Shown here in pieces: positions 10,773 to 19,450 of a stretch of DNA of 64,000 nt. The notes under the pieces were generated by a model, which worked only from the letters and a program-made list of their open reading frames with translations, had not been told where the DNA came from and did no database searches. A program made the translations under genes and the position numbers. Source of the DNA: Bacteroidaceae bacterium (GTDB lineage Bacteria; Bacteroidota; Bacteroidia; Bacteroidales; Bacteroidaceae); the NCBI GenBank assembly GCA_017451645.1, contig JAFTNZ010000009.1, positions 115,729 to 179,728 on the forward strand. Reading direction: 5' to 3'. The stretch's first letter is position 1. Each line of letters begins with the position of its first letter.

Positions 10773-11249
10773 ATGAAGAAAAAAGCATCGCGACTTGACA
10801 CTATCAAGATGATTATCTCCTGCAAGGAAATATGCAGTCAAGAGGAACTTCTCCAACACCTGAAAAGAGAGGGAGTGGAAGTGACACAAGCCACCCTCTC
10901 GCGAGACCTGAAACAATTGAAAGTGGCCAAAGCCGCGAGCATGACGGGAAAATATGTCTATGTACTCCCCAACAGCACAGTCTATCGCCGACTACCGGAA
11001 AACGACAGTGCCATCCGCGAAATGATGAAGTTCACAGGATTTGTCTCCATCAGTTTCTCGCACAACATTGCAGTCATACGCACACGCCCCGGATATGCCA
11101 GCAGCTTAGCCTATGACATCGACAATTACAACCTCAAAGAGATTGTAGGTACCATCGCAGGAGACGACACCATCATGTTGGTCATCCACGAGAACATCAG
11201 CCACGAAGATGTTAAACGGGCACTGCACCCCATCATTCCCAATCTGTAG
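10773..11249 (+). CDS. argR: Arginine repressor
   Basis: SQEEL, VTQATLSRDL, GTIAGDDT motifs. Confidence 0.96.
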   Translation: MKKKASRLDTIKMIISCKEICSQEELLQHLKREGVEVTQATLSRDLKQLKVAKAASMTGKYVYVLPNSTVYRRLPENDSAIREMMKFTGFVSISFSHNIAVIRTRPGYASSLAYDIDNYNLKEIVGTIAGDDTIMLVIHENISHEDVKRALHPIIPNL

Positions 11250-11314
11250 CAACAGATACATACAAACCAAAGAATACAAGAACATCATATTTTAGAAGAC
11301 AGTAAGACTGAGAA

Positions 11315-11896
11315 ATGGAAACTCAAGCAATAGACGTAATGGTAGCCGATGCCTCACACGAGGTCTATGTGGACACTATCCTGGAAACAATCACTGCTGC
11401 CGCCAAGGTACGCGGCACCGGAATTGCCAAACGCACACACGAATATGTGGCTCAAAAGATGAAGGAAGGAAAAGCAATCATTGCCCTCGCGGGGGACGAA
11501 TTTGCCGGATTCTGTTACATTGAGAGTTGGGGGAACAAGCAATATGTGGCCAATTCGGGCCTCATCGTTGTGGAAAAATTCCGCGGACAAGGATTGGCCA
11601 AGCGAATCAAACAGGCAGCCTTTACCCTGAGCCGCCTACGTTGGCCGCACGCCAAACTATTCGGACTCACCAGCGGTGGAGCGGTAATGAAAATCAACAC
11701 CGAACTCGGCTATGTGCCTGTTCCTTTTGCCGAATTGACCGATGACGAAGCCTTCTGGCGCGGATGCGAGGGATGCATCAACCACGACGTATTGGAACGT
11801 ACCGGAAGACGCTACTGCATCTGCACAGCCATGCTCTACGACCCGGAAAAGAAAAAAGCCACCTCAGGCTCCCCTAAGGGGGGAGAGAACGTCTGA
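11315..11896 (+). CDS. GNAT acetyltransferase of the arg operon (candidate N-acetylglutamate synthase)
   Basis: GNAT motif A (FRGQGLAK); C-terminal CxxC...CxC; located between argR and argG. Confidence 0.8.
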   Translation: METQAIDVMVADASHEVYVDTILETITAAAKVRGTGIAKRTHEYVAQKMKEGKAIIALAGDEFAGFCYIESWGNKQYVANSGLIVVEKFRGQGLAKRIKQAAFTLSRLRWPHAKLFGLTSGGAVMKINTELGYVPVPFAELTDDEAFWRGCEGCINHDVLERTGRRYCICTAMLYDPEKKKATSGSPKGGENV

Positions 11897-11985
11897 CAGT
11901 CCTACCAAAAGAAACAAGGTAGCGATTGTTGGATTGTGACACACTCAGATTGTACATCGTAATTTGTAAATTGTAAATAACATAT

Positions 11986-13191
11986 ATGGAAGCAAAGAAA
12001 AAAGTAGTAGTGGCCTTCAGTGGGGGCCTCGACACCTCATACACGGTGATGTATTTGGCCAAAGAAAAGGGCTATGAAGTGTATGCCGCTTGTGCCAATA
12101 CCGGTGGTTTCAGCCCCGAACAGCTGAAAGCCAACGAAGAAAATGCCTATAAGCTGGGCGCAGTGAAATATGTCACTTTGGATGTAACCAAGGAATATTA
12201 TGAAAAATCGCTGAAATACATGGTATTCGGCAACGTTCTCCGCAACAACTGCTACCCTATCTCGGTCAGCTCGGAGCGTATCTTCCAGGCATTGGCTATC
12301 GCACGCTATGCCAACGAGATTGGTGCCGATGCTATTGCCCACGGGTCAACTGGTGCAGGCAACGACCAGATTCGTTTCGACATGACCTTCCTCGTGATGG
12401 CTCCGGGTGTGGAAATCATTACCCTGACACGCGATGGTAACCTCACCCGCCAAGAAGAGGTGGACTACCTGAACAAGAACGGCTACTTTGCCGACTTTAC
12501 CAAGCTAAAATACTCGTACAACGTGGGTATCTGGGGTACCAGCATCTGCGGTGGAGAGATTCTTGACAGCACACAGGGATTGCCCGAGAGCGCTTACCTG
12601 AAGCACCCCACCAAAGAGGGTACAGAATTGTTGAAACTCGGTTTTGAAAAGGGCGAACTTGTCTCTGTCAACGGCAGACGCTACGAGGACAAGATTCAGG
12701 CCATCCAAGCCGTGGAGGAAATCGGTGCCGCGTACGCCATCGGCCGCGACTGCCACGTGGGCGACACCATCATCGGCATCAAGGGTCGCGTAGGCTTCGA
12801 AGCTGCAGCCCCTATGCTCATTATCGGCGCACACCGTTTCTTGGAGAAATACACCCTGAGCAAATGGCAACAGTACTGGAAAGAGCAGGTGGCCAACTGG
12901 TATGGTATGTTCCTTCACGAAAGCCAATACCTGGAGCCAGTGATGCCCGACATCGAAGCCATGCTCACCAGCAGCCAGCGCAATGTAACCGGTGAAGTGA
13001 CCTTGGAACTTCGCCCGTACAGTTTCCAGACTATGGGTGTCGATTCTCCCAACGACCTGGTGAAGAACAAGCTCGGCGAATATGGAGAAACAGCCAAGGC
13101 ATGGAGCAGCGAAGATGCCAAAGGATTCATCAAGGTTAGCTCTACCGCCCTGCGTGCCTACTATTTGGCACATCCTGATGAGGAGAGGTAA
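11986..13191 (+). CDS. argG: Argininosuccinate synthase
   Basis: AFSGGLDTS, HGSTGAGNDQIRF, IGIKGRVGFEA. Confidence 0.97.
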   Translation: MEAKKKVVVAFSGGLDTSYTVMYLAKEKGYEVYAACANTGGFSPEQLKANEENAYKLGAVKYVTLDVTKEYYEKSLKYMVFGNVLRNNCYPISVSSERIFQALAIARYANEIGADAIAHGSTGAGNDQIRFDMTFLVMAPGVEIITLTRDGNLTRQEEVDYLNKNGYFADFTKLKYSYNVGIWGTSICGGEILDSTQGLPESAYLKHPTKEGTELLKLGFEKGELVSVNGRRYEDKIQAIQAVEEIGAAYAIGRDCHVGDTIIGIKGRVGFEAAAPMLIIGAHRFLEKYTLSKWQQYWKEQVANWYGMFLHESQYLEPVMPDIEAMLTSSQRNVTGEVTLELRPYSFQTMGVDSPNDLVKNKLGEYGETAKAWSSEDAKGFIKVSSTALRAYYLAHPDEER

Positions 13192-13239
13192 TAGCAGATT
13201 CTGATAACAAAATATTTATAACTGTAACATCATCAAATT

Positions 13240-13443
13240 ATGGAAGAACCCAAGAAACTGACACGGCCACACACAGGCAGAATGTTAGGAGGAATTTGTG
13301 CCGGCATAGGCAACTACTTTGGAGTGGATGCCACCCTGATACGCATCGGATACGTCTTACTCTCATTATTTTCTGCCGGCTTCCCTGGCTTGATTCTGTA
13401 CTTGATTCTATTATTAATCATTCCCGAAGATTCCAACAGATAA
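13240..13443 (+). CDS. PspC-domain small membrane protein
   Basis: KKLTR...GRMLGGICAGIGNYFGVDATLIR...LYLILLLIIPE matches the PspC pattern. Confidence 0.88.
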   Translation: MEEPKKLTRPHTGRMLGGICAGIGNYFGVDATLIRIGYVLLSLFSAGFPGLILYLILLLIIPEDSNR

Positions 13444-14465
13444 TGATAAAAATCGGAATACTTGGAGCAGCAGGATACACGGGTGGCGAGCTTATCCGCC
13501 TGCTCATCAATCATCCCGAGGCAGAGATTGTGTTTGCCAATAGCGAGAGCAATGCAGGAAACAAAGTGCATGATGTGCACGAAGGCCTGCTGGGCGACAC
13601 CGAACTGACATTCACCGATGAGATGCCATTCGACAAGGTGGATGTGGTGTTCTTCTGTTTCGGACACGGCAAGAGCGAACAGTTCCTGAAGGAACATGAG
13701 ATACCGGCCCATGTGAAAATTATCGACCTGGCGCAGGATTTCCGCCTCAAAGGAGAGCACGACTACGTGTATGGTCTGCCTGAAATCAATAAGGCAAAGA
13801 TTGCCCAGTGCCAGCATTTGGCCAACCCCGGTTGCTTTGCCACCTGCATTCAACTCGGATTGTTGCCCGCCGCCAAACACGGACTGATTCAGCACGATGT
13901 GGCCGTCAATGCCATCACCGGTTCTACGGGTGCCGGACAGAAGCCTGCCGCCACCACACACTTCTCGTGGCGAAGCGACAACTTCTCGGTCTATAAGCTC
14001 TTCACCCACCAGCATTTGCATGAGATTTGCGAGACACTGAACACCCTGTGCCCGGCAGATGCCCCTGAAGTGGTGGATACGCTGAACGAGGGATTCGAGG
14101 TGGCTGACGACAAAGTGACCATCGACTTCATCCCTTATCGTGGCGACTTTGCCCGTGGCATCTTCTGTACCGAAGTGATTACGCTTGACAAGCCTGTTGA
14201 CAAAGAAGAGGTGATAGCTCTCTACAAGGAGTTCTACAAAGATGCCGCCTTCACTCACTACAGCGACAAGGCTATCGACCTGAAGCAAGTGGTGAATACC
14301 AACAAGGCCCTGGTGCATGTGGATGTGTTCGGCCGCAAAATCGTCGTCACCTCCATGATTGACAATCTGCTGAAGGGCGCTGTAGGACAGGCTGTGCAGA
14401 ACATGAACATCATGTTTGGATTGGATGAGAGAAGCGGTTTGAATCTCAAACCAAGTGCGTTTTAA
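13443..14465 (+). CDS. argC: N-acetyl-gamma-glutamyl-phosphate reductase
   Basis: GAAGYTGGEL, YGLPE, ANPGCFAT, GSTGAG, DNLLKGAVGQAVQN. ATG at 13443 overlaps the pspC stop (TAATG). Confidence 0.96.
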   Translation: MIKIGILGAAGYTGGELIRLLINHPEAEIVFANSESNAGNKVHDVHEGLLGDTELTFTDEMPFDKVDVVFFCFGHGKSEQFLKEHEIPAHVKIIDLAQDFRLKGEHDYVYGLPEINKAKIAQCQHLANPGCFATCIQLGLLPAAKHGLIQHDVAVNAITGSTGAGQKPAATTHFSWRSDNFSVYKLFTHQHLHEICETLNTLCPADAPEVVDTLNEGFEVADDKVTIDFIPYRGDFARGIFCTEVITLDKPVDKEEVIALYKEFYKDAAFTHYSDKAIDLKQVVNTNKALVHVDVFGRKIVVTSMIDNLLKGAVGQAVQNMNIMFGLDERSGLNLKPSAF

Positions 14466-14548
14466 ATTTTAGAACACAGAAGCACGAAGACACTGAGTTT
14501 AAAATAAAGAAAAGTTCTGTGTCTCTGTATTCAATAAAAATAAAAAAT

Positions 14549-15670
14549 ATGAATCTTTTTGACGTATATCCCCTTTTCGACATTAACATTGTCAAAGGAA
14601 AAGGTTGCCACGTGTGGGATGAACAAGGTCAGGAATACCTCGACCTCTATGGCGGCCATGCCGTTATCAGCATTGGCCATGCACACCCCCACTATGTGAA
14701 GATGATCAGCAATCAGGTGGCCACATTGGGCTTCTACAGCAACTCGGTCATCAACAAGATACAGCAACAGGTTGCCGAACGGCTGGGACGCATCTCTGGC
14801 TACAAGGACTATAGCCTGTTCCTCATCAACAGCGGTGCCGAAGCCAACGAGAATGCCCTGAAGCTGGCATCGTTCCACAACGGACGCACCCGCGTACTCT
14901 CGGCACAGAAAGCTTTCCACGGACGCACCTCATTGGCCGTGGAGGTGACTGCCAACCCCAACATCATTGCCCCCATCAATGCCAATAACCATGCCACTTA
15001 CCTGCCGTTGAATGACCTGCAGGCTTGGGTAAGCGAAATTGAGAAGGGCGATGTGTGCGCCGTCATCGTAGAGTGTATCCAAGGTGTAGGCGGCATCCGC
15101 ATGGCCACCCCCGAGTTCTTGGCAGGATTGCGCGAGGCTTGCGACCGCACGGACACCGTGCTCATCTGCGACGAGATACAGTGTGGCTATGGCCGTAGCG
15201 GCAAGTTCTTCGCTCATCAACACTTGGGTGTGAAGCCCGACATGATTACCGTGGCCAAAGGCATCGCCAACGGATTCCCTATGGGCGGTGTACTTATCAG
15301 CCCCAAATACAAGGCCATCTACGGCCAGCTGGGCACCACCTTCGGAGGCAACCACTTGGCCTGTGCTGCCGCCCTTGCCGTCATGGATGTGATGGAACAA
15401 GAGCAGCTGGTGGACAATGCAGCCCGCGTAGGTGAATACCTGATGACCGAACTGAAGAGACTGCCCCAAATCAAGGAAGTGCGCGGACAGGGTCTGATGA
15501 TTGGCATGGAGTTTGAAGCCCCCATCAAGGAACTGCGCCTGAGACTGTTGAAAGAACAGCACGTCTTTACCGGTGTCAGCGGCACCAATGTCATCCGCCT
15601 GCTCCCACCGCTCTGCCTCAGCATGGCCGAGGCGGAAGAGTTCCTCAACCGTTTGCGAAACATTTTATAG
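14549..15670 (+). CDS. argD: Acetylornithine aminotransferase (class III PLP)
   Basis: NSGAEANE, FHGRT, DEIQCGYGRSG, AKGIANG, GTTFGGN, RLLPPL; arg operon context. Confidence 0.93.
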   Translation: MNLFDVYPLFDINIVKGKGCHVWDEQGQEYLDLYGGHAVISIGHAHPHYVKMISNQVATLGFYSNSVINKIQQQVAERLGRISGYKDYSLFLINSGAEANENALKLASFHNGRTRVLSAQKAFHGRTSLAVEVTANPNIIAPINANNHATYLPLNDLQAWVSEIEKGDVCAVIVECIQGVGGIRMATPEFLAGLREACDRTDTVLICDEIQCGYGRSGKFFAHQHLGVKPDMITVAKGIANGFPMGGVLISPKYKAIYGQLGTTFGGNHLACAAALAVMDVMEQEQLVDNAARVGEYLMTELKRLPQIKEVRGQGLMIGMEFEAPIKELRLRLLKEQHVFTGVSGTNVIRLLPPLCLSMAEAEEFLNRLRNIL

Positions 15671-15682
15671 AATCTGCCTCTA

Positions 15683-15738
15683 ACAAAGTAAAAAGTGCCT
15701 CCAGCAAAATGATATGCTGGAGGCACTTTTTACTTTGT
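15683..15738. terminator. Bidirectional intrinsic terminator
   Basis: Perfect 24-bp inverted repeat acaaagtaaaaagtgcctccagca / tgctggaggcactttttactttgt between convergent genes. Confidence 0.88.
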
Positions 15739-15759
15739 CGGGGCTTCTTCAGAGATGAA

Positions 15760-16893
15760 TCATTTCAGTTTATACACCTCCGTACCGGCGAGGAGGAAGC
15801 AACCGATACCGTAGTCTTCGAAATCGGGTACACTGTCGTAAGCCACGGGTTGTCCGTCCTTAGGCTCTTTACCGGTGCCTTGTACGTAGCCGAGGAATCC
15901 GTTCTTGTGTACACACTCCTTCACCATGGCATTCCATGCCTTGAGGAGGATGGGGAGGTATTCGTTGCGGTCGAGGATACCGTTGCGTACACCCCATGCC
16001 ATGCCGTAAACGAAGAGTGATGTGCCACTGGTCTCTTTACCGCCAAAGTTACTTCCGTCGTGGAGGCTCACGTTCCAATATCCGTCAGGACGCTGGCAAG
16101 CTTTCAGAGCCTTGCTCATAGCCTTGAAGTCGGCGATATAGTCTGCACGGTGCTTCTCGTCAGCAGGGATTTCATTAAGTACGCGTACAAGAGCAGCATA
16201 TACCCAACCGTTTCCGCGTGACCAATAGCAATCTTCTCCGTTAGGTTCCTTGTAGGGAGGGTCGAAGTCGTGATCGCGCCACCAAAGTCCCTCTTTGGGA
16301 TTGTACATACCATTTTCGCCATGCTGGTTGCGGGTATATTCATACATGTCCCACATCTTGTCGAAGTAGCGTTGGTCGTTGCCTTTCTCCACACCCATTT
16401 TGGCAAGTACAGGCATTCCCATCTGTATGGCATCAATCCACCACCAATCGTTCACTTGCGGTGTATTCACCAACATATTCATACATGCATCGATGCTCCG
16501 TATCATTCGGCGTTCACCGGTCTTGCGGTACATATCAATGTAAGTCTGTCCGCAACAGTAGTTATCGGCATCGCGGTGCTGGCTACCGCCCCTCACCATC
16601 CAATTATGCGCCTCACCCCACTGGTAGGTGTAGTCGTAGAGTTCCTCCAAAGGATAAATGTCGTAGAGGGCCATCACCCCTTCGTAATAGACACCTCGTG
16701 TCCAAAGGTTGCTGGTGCGCATCTTGTTGCGCACGAAGGTGGGGCATCCCGGATCGGGATTCTTACGCATGAAGTACTTGTTGACAGAGAGCAGAGTTTC
16801 CAATGTTGCTTTCTTGTCGGGGAGTTCTTGTGCCTGTACGGCACAGATGCCTGCAAATGCAAAGAGCAGGGCGGCAAAAAACTTCTTCTTCAT
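15760..16893 (-). CDS. GH105/GH88-like unsaturated glycuronyl (rhamnogalacturonyl) hydrolase
   Basis: Signal peptide VQA|Q; WWWIDAIQM, YWSRGNGW, QRPDGYW, ETSGT, YGIGCFLLAG. Confidence 0.85.
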   Translation of the reverse strand: MKKKFFAALLFAFAGICAVQAQELPDKKATLETLLSVNKYFMRKNPDPGCPTFVRNKMRTSNLWTRGVYYEGVMALYDIYPLEELYDYTYQWGEAHNWMVRGGSQHRDADNYCCGQTYIDMYRKTGERRMIRSIDACMNMLVNTPQVNDWWWIDAIQMGMPVLAKMGVEKGNDQRYFDKMWDMYEYTRNQHGENGMYNPKEGLWWRDHDFDPPYKEPNGEDCYWSRGNGWVYAALVRVLNEIPADEKHRADYIADFKAMSKALKACQRPDGYWNVSLHDGSNFGGKETSGTSLFVYGMAWGVRNGILDRNEYLPILLKAWNAMVKECVHKNGFLGYVQGTGKEPKDGQPVAYDSVPDFEDYGIGCFLLAGTEVYKLK

Positions 16894-17106
16894 CAGTTCT
16901 TTTCTAAAAATAGGTTTATGGTCAATTAGTTTTTTCTTATATACTTTTTCTTTGGTAGGCGCAAAGATAGAGATAATTTATTGATTAGACAAAGAAAAGG
17001 CTCTTTACTTTGGCCAAACTTCCTGCAGGCAGATGGCATCGAGACTCAAAGGCTACTCCAAAGGAATGAATGTAAGAAGATTAATCACGTTATACAATCT
17101 TGGTAT

Positions 17107-17223
17107 TACAAAAATAAAGACGAGTTTTTGAAGCATACATACACTTTCAAGGACGAGTTCCTGTATCTTATTACACTTTTCAGTACGAGTTTGACAGAAA
17201 ATGAAAGAAAAACATTATCTTTG
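17107..17223 (+). promoter_or_regulatory. Promoter with three phased direct repeats TACA-N9-ACGAGTT
   Basis: Repeats start at 17107, 17140, 17172; TTTG at 17190-17193 and TATCTTTG at 17216-17223. Confidence 0.65.
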
Positions 17224-17250
17224 CTCCGGAAATAAGCATCATAAAGCATT

Positions 17251-18543
17251 ATGAAGAGAACAACAATAGCCAAACTTTATGACTGGAAAGAAAAGAACGG
17301 GCGTAAGCCCTTAATAATCCGGGGAGCACGTCAGGTAGGCAAAACATGGCTCATGAAAGCCTTTGCTGAAGAGGCCTTCAGCCGTTATGTGTACATCAAC
17401 TTTGAAGATGATGAAGTTGCCAAGCATTTGTTTGAAAAAGATTTCGATATCGAACGTATCATTTTATCACTTCAAATTATTACTGGCCAAGTTATTGATG
17501 AACAGACCTTGATACTGTTTGATGAATTGCAGGAAGCACCACGTGGAATCACTGCTTTGAAGTACTTCTACGAGAAAGCACCTCAGTATCCCATCATTGC
17601 AGCAGGCTCTTTGTTGGGCATCTCATTGCATAAGAACAATTCTTTTCCTGTAGGGAAGGTAGAGTTCATGGATTTGTATCCTTTATCTTTCTCCGAATTT
17701 CTTGATGCGGTTGGTGAGTCGCAACTCCATCAGGTATTGCAGAAGAAGGACTGGGGCATTCTTTCCTTGTTTCACGATAAGTTAAAGAATCGTTTGAGGC
17801 AATATTATTATATCGGTGGGATGCCCGAGGCTGTCAAATCTTTTGTTGAGCACAAGGATTATGCGGCTGTTACCGAGGTACATCAGGCTATATTGGACTC
17901 TTATGACCGGGATTTCTTCAAACATGCGCCATTGGCCGAGGTTCCCCGTTTGCGCATGGTGTGGCGCTCCATTGTGGCACAACTTTCCAAGGAGAATCGT
18001 AAATTCATTTATGGATTGATAAAAGAGGGGGCAAGAGCCAAAGAGTTTGAATTGGCTATCGAGTGGCTCAGCGATGCAGGTCTTGTGTATAAGGTGACAC
18101 GGACGAAGAAAGGATTGCTCCCCTTGAGTGCCTATGAAGACATTGGTGCCTTCAAACTGTTCATGCTTGATGTGGGGTTGATGCGTACCATGGCCAAAAT
18201 CCCCATGCAGGCACTGTTGGAGGGGGATGCCCTCTTTTGCGATTTCAAGGGAGTACTTACCGAGCAATACGTCATGCAACAATTGCGTGGCATTCCCAAT
18301 ATCGGCATACATTATTGGTCGGCAGAAAATTCACGTGGCGAATTGGATTTCTTGGTGCAGCAAGAAAATCTGGTACATCCCATAGAGGTGAAGGCAGAGG
18401 AGAACCTTCAATCCAAAAGCCTTTCTACCTTTGTCAAGAACAATCCCGGTTTGCACGGCATCCGTTTCTCCATGTCCCTCCACCGCGAGCAAGATTGGAT
18501 GACAAACTATCCGCTTTATGCCGTACAAGTTGTGATGCAATAA
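17251..18543 (+). CDS. AAA_14-type ATPase with DUF4143 / PD-(D/E)xK-like C-terminus
   Basis: GARQVGKT, FDELQ, AAGS, FPVGKV, GGMPE, KLFMLDVGL, ELDF...IEVK. Confidence 0.9.
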   Translation: MKRTTIAKLYDWKEKNGRKPLIIRGARQVGKTWLMKAFAEEAFSRYVYINFEDDEVAKHLFEKDFDIERIILSLQIITGQVIDEQTLILFDELQEAPRGITALKYFYEKAPQYPIIAAGSLLGISLHKNNSFPVGKVEFMDLYPLSFSEFLDAVGESQLHQVLQKKDWGILSLFHDKLKNRLRQYYYIGGMPEAVKSFVEHKDYAAVTEVHQAILDSYDRDFFKHAPLAEVPRLRMVWRSIVAQLSKENRKFIYGLIKEGARAKEFELAIEWLSDAGLVYKVTRTKKGLLPLSAYEDIGAFKLFMLDVGLMRTMAKIPMQALLEGDALFCDFKGVLTEQYVMQQLRGIPNIGIHYWSAENSRGELDFLVQQENLVHPIEVKAEENLQSKSLSTFVKNNPGLHGIRFSMSLHREQDWMTNYPLYAVQVVMQ

Positions 18544-18559
18544 TAGTGCTGTACACATT

Positions 18560-18607
18560 AAAGAGTTGTTGCATGAAGGAATGTTTCCCTCGGCAACGAC
18601 TCTTTTT
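18560..18607. terminator. Intrinsic terminator after the AAA ATPase gene
   Basis: aaagagttgttgc ... gcaacgactcttttt stem with T-run. Confidence 0.75.
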
Positions 18608-18658
18608 CGTTTTTATCTGCAAATATCTTTCTTTTTTCCGTCTATCTGCTTTGCAAAT

Positions 18659-18791
18659 TATCGGTGTCCGATAAGCAGCTATAATGTTTCGTTTTCGACC
18701 TTATCCGGTTGTTTATGTAGCATTTTGTCACTCCGCGACTCTTCGCTAATAGGCTTATTCCTGCATAATCATGCAAGAACTTCTCCCGATA
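18659..18791 (-). ncRNA. Candidate structured small RNA
   Basis: Minus-strand TATCTTTG -7 element at 18795-18802 immediately upstream; ends are complementary (tatcgg/ccgata) and enclose three hairpins; no credible ORF. Confidence 0.45.
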
Positions 18792-18936
18792 CTGCAAAGA
18801 TATGCAGAAAAAGTGATTTTTTCGACTTTTTATTTTTACTGTAACAGCCTTAATAGAGGCTGAAAATGGAACAAATAGTGGGGTAAAGAAGGATATATTC
18901 CTTGCCGATGTGCAGCAATGCTCAATGTTAAAGAAA

Positions 18937-19038
18937 AAATGCGGCTTGCTTTTTTTCAAATGCGCCTTGAATATTTTGAGAAGCAAGTCACATTTCCATC
19001 TACTGCAAGCCGCATTTTTGGAAAAGTAAGGCGCATTT
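18937..19038. repeat. Palindromic array of 21-22-bp-period units (AAATGCGNCTTG)
   Basis: Forward units at 18937 and 18958; inverted units at 18984, 19006, 19027. Confidence 0.8.
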
Positions 19039-19450
19039 TGATTAGTGTGCCTGATAGGCTATAATTTGCTCGTATCATTTGCAATATCAGTATTGTCTGC
19101 GGATGAGAAAATCGCGTCAGTATTATTTTTAGGCAGCAATATTATTGAAAGGAATGTTGCTTATCGCATAGTAAATCAGGGTAATACGCAGGTTTAGGCT
19201 CTATAAGATTCGCGTATTTGCAATCAAAACGGCTTTCAAGCAGAAATACGCGATTCTCGCAAACCGAATATGCAATTTGACAAAATGACAGTTGCCCGAT
19301 GTGATGTTTTTTACGGGTGAAAGGCCAAACCTGAAACAGTTTATCTGAAGAAGTTGACAGCTCTTATAAAATATTTGGCATTCCCTTGTTCCAAACAAAT
19401 AAAAAAGTGTATATTTGCCGCACTATTGACTAATTCCATCGAAACGAACC

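Noticed and set aside
13296-13442. N-terminal extension of ArgC in the ORF track (similar extensions on recO, wza, nadX-like, zapA, phosphoesterase)
   Set aside because: Extensions overlap another gene or a promoter, or precede the recognisable N-terminus; the downstream ATGs fit better.
13314-14318. Long antisense ORFs (334 aa here; also 23413-24630, 46190-47596, 58085-59173)
   Set aside because: Each lies essentially entirely opposite a well-supported gene and lacks recognisable motifs; typical shadow ORFs.
16981-17235. 84-aa ORF upstream of the AAA ATPase and short ORFs in 18566-19398
   Set aside because: They run through promoters, repeats and terminators and have no recognisable protein features.
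18659-18791. Self-cleaving ribozyme or known riboswitch identity for the structured RNA
   Set aside because: Hammerhead (CUGANGA) and twister core motifs were not found by eye, and there is no downstream gene for a riboswitch to control.
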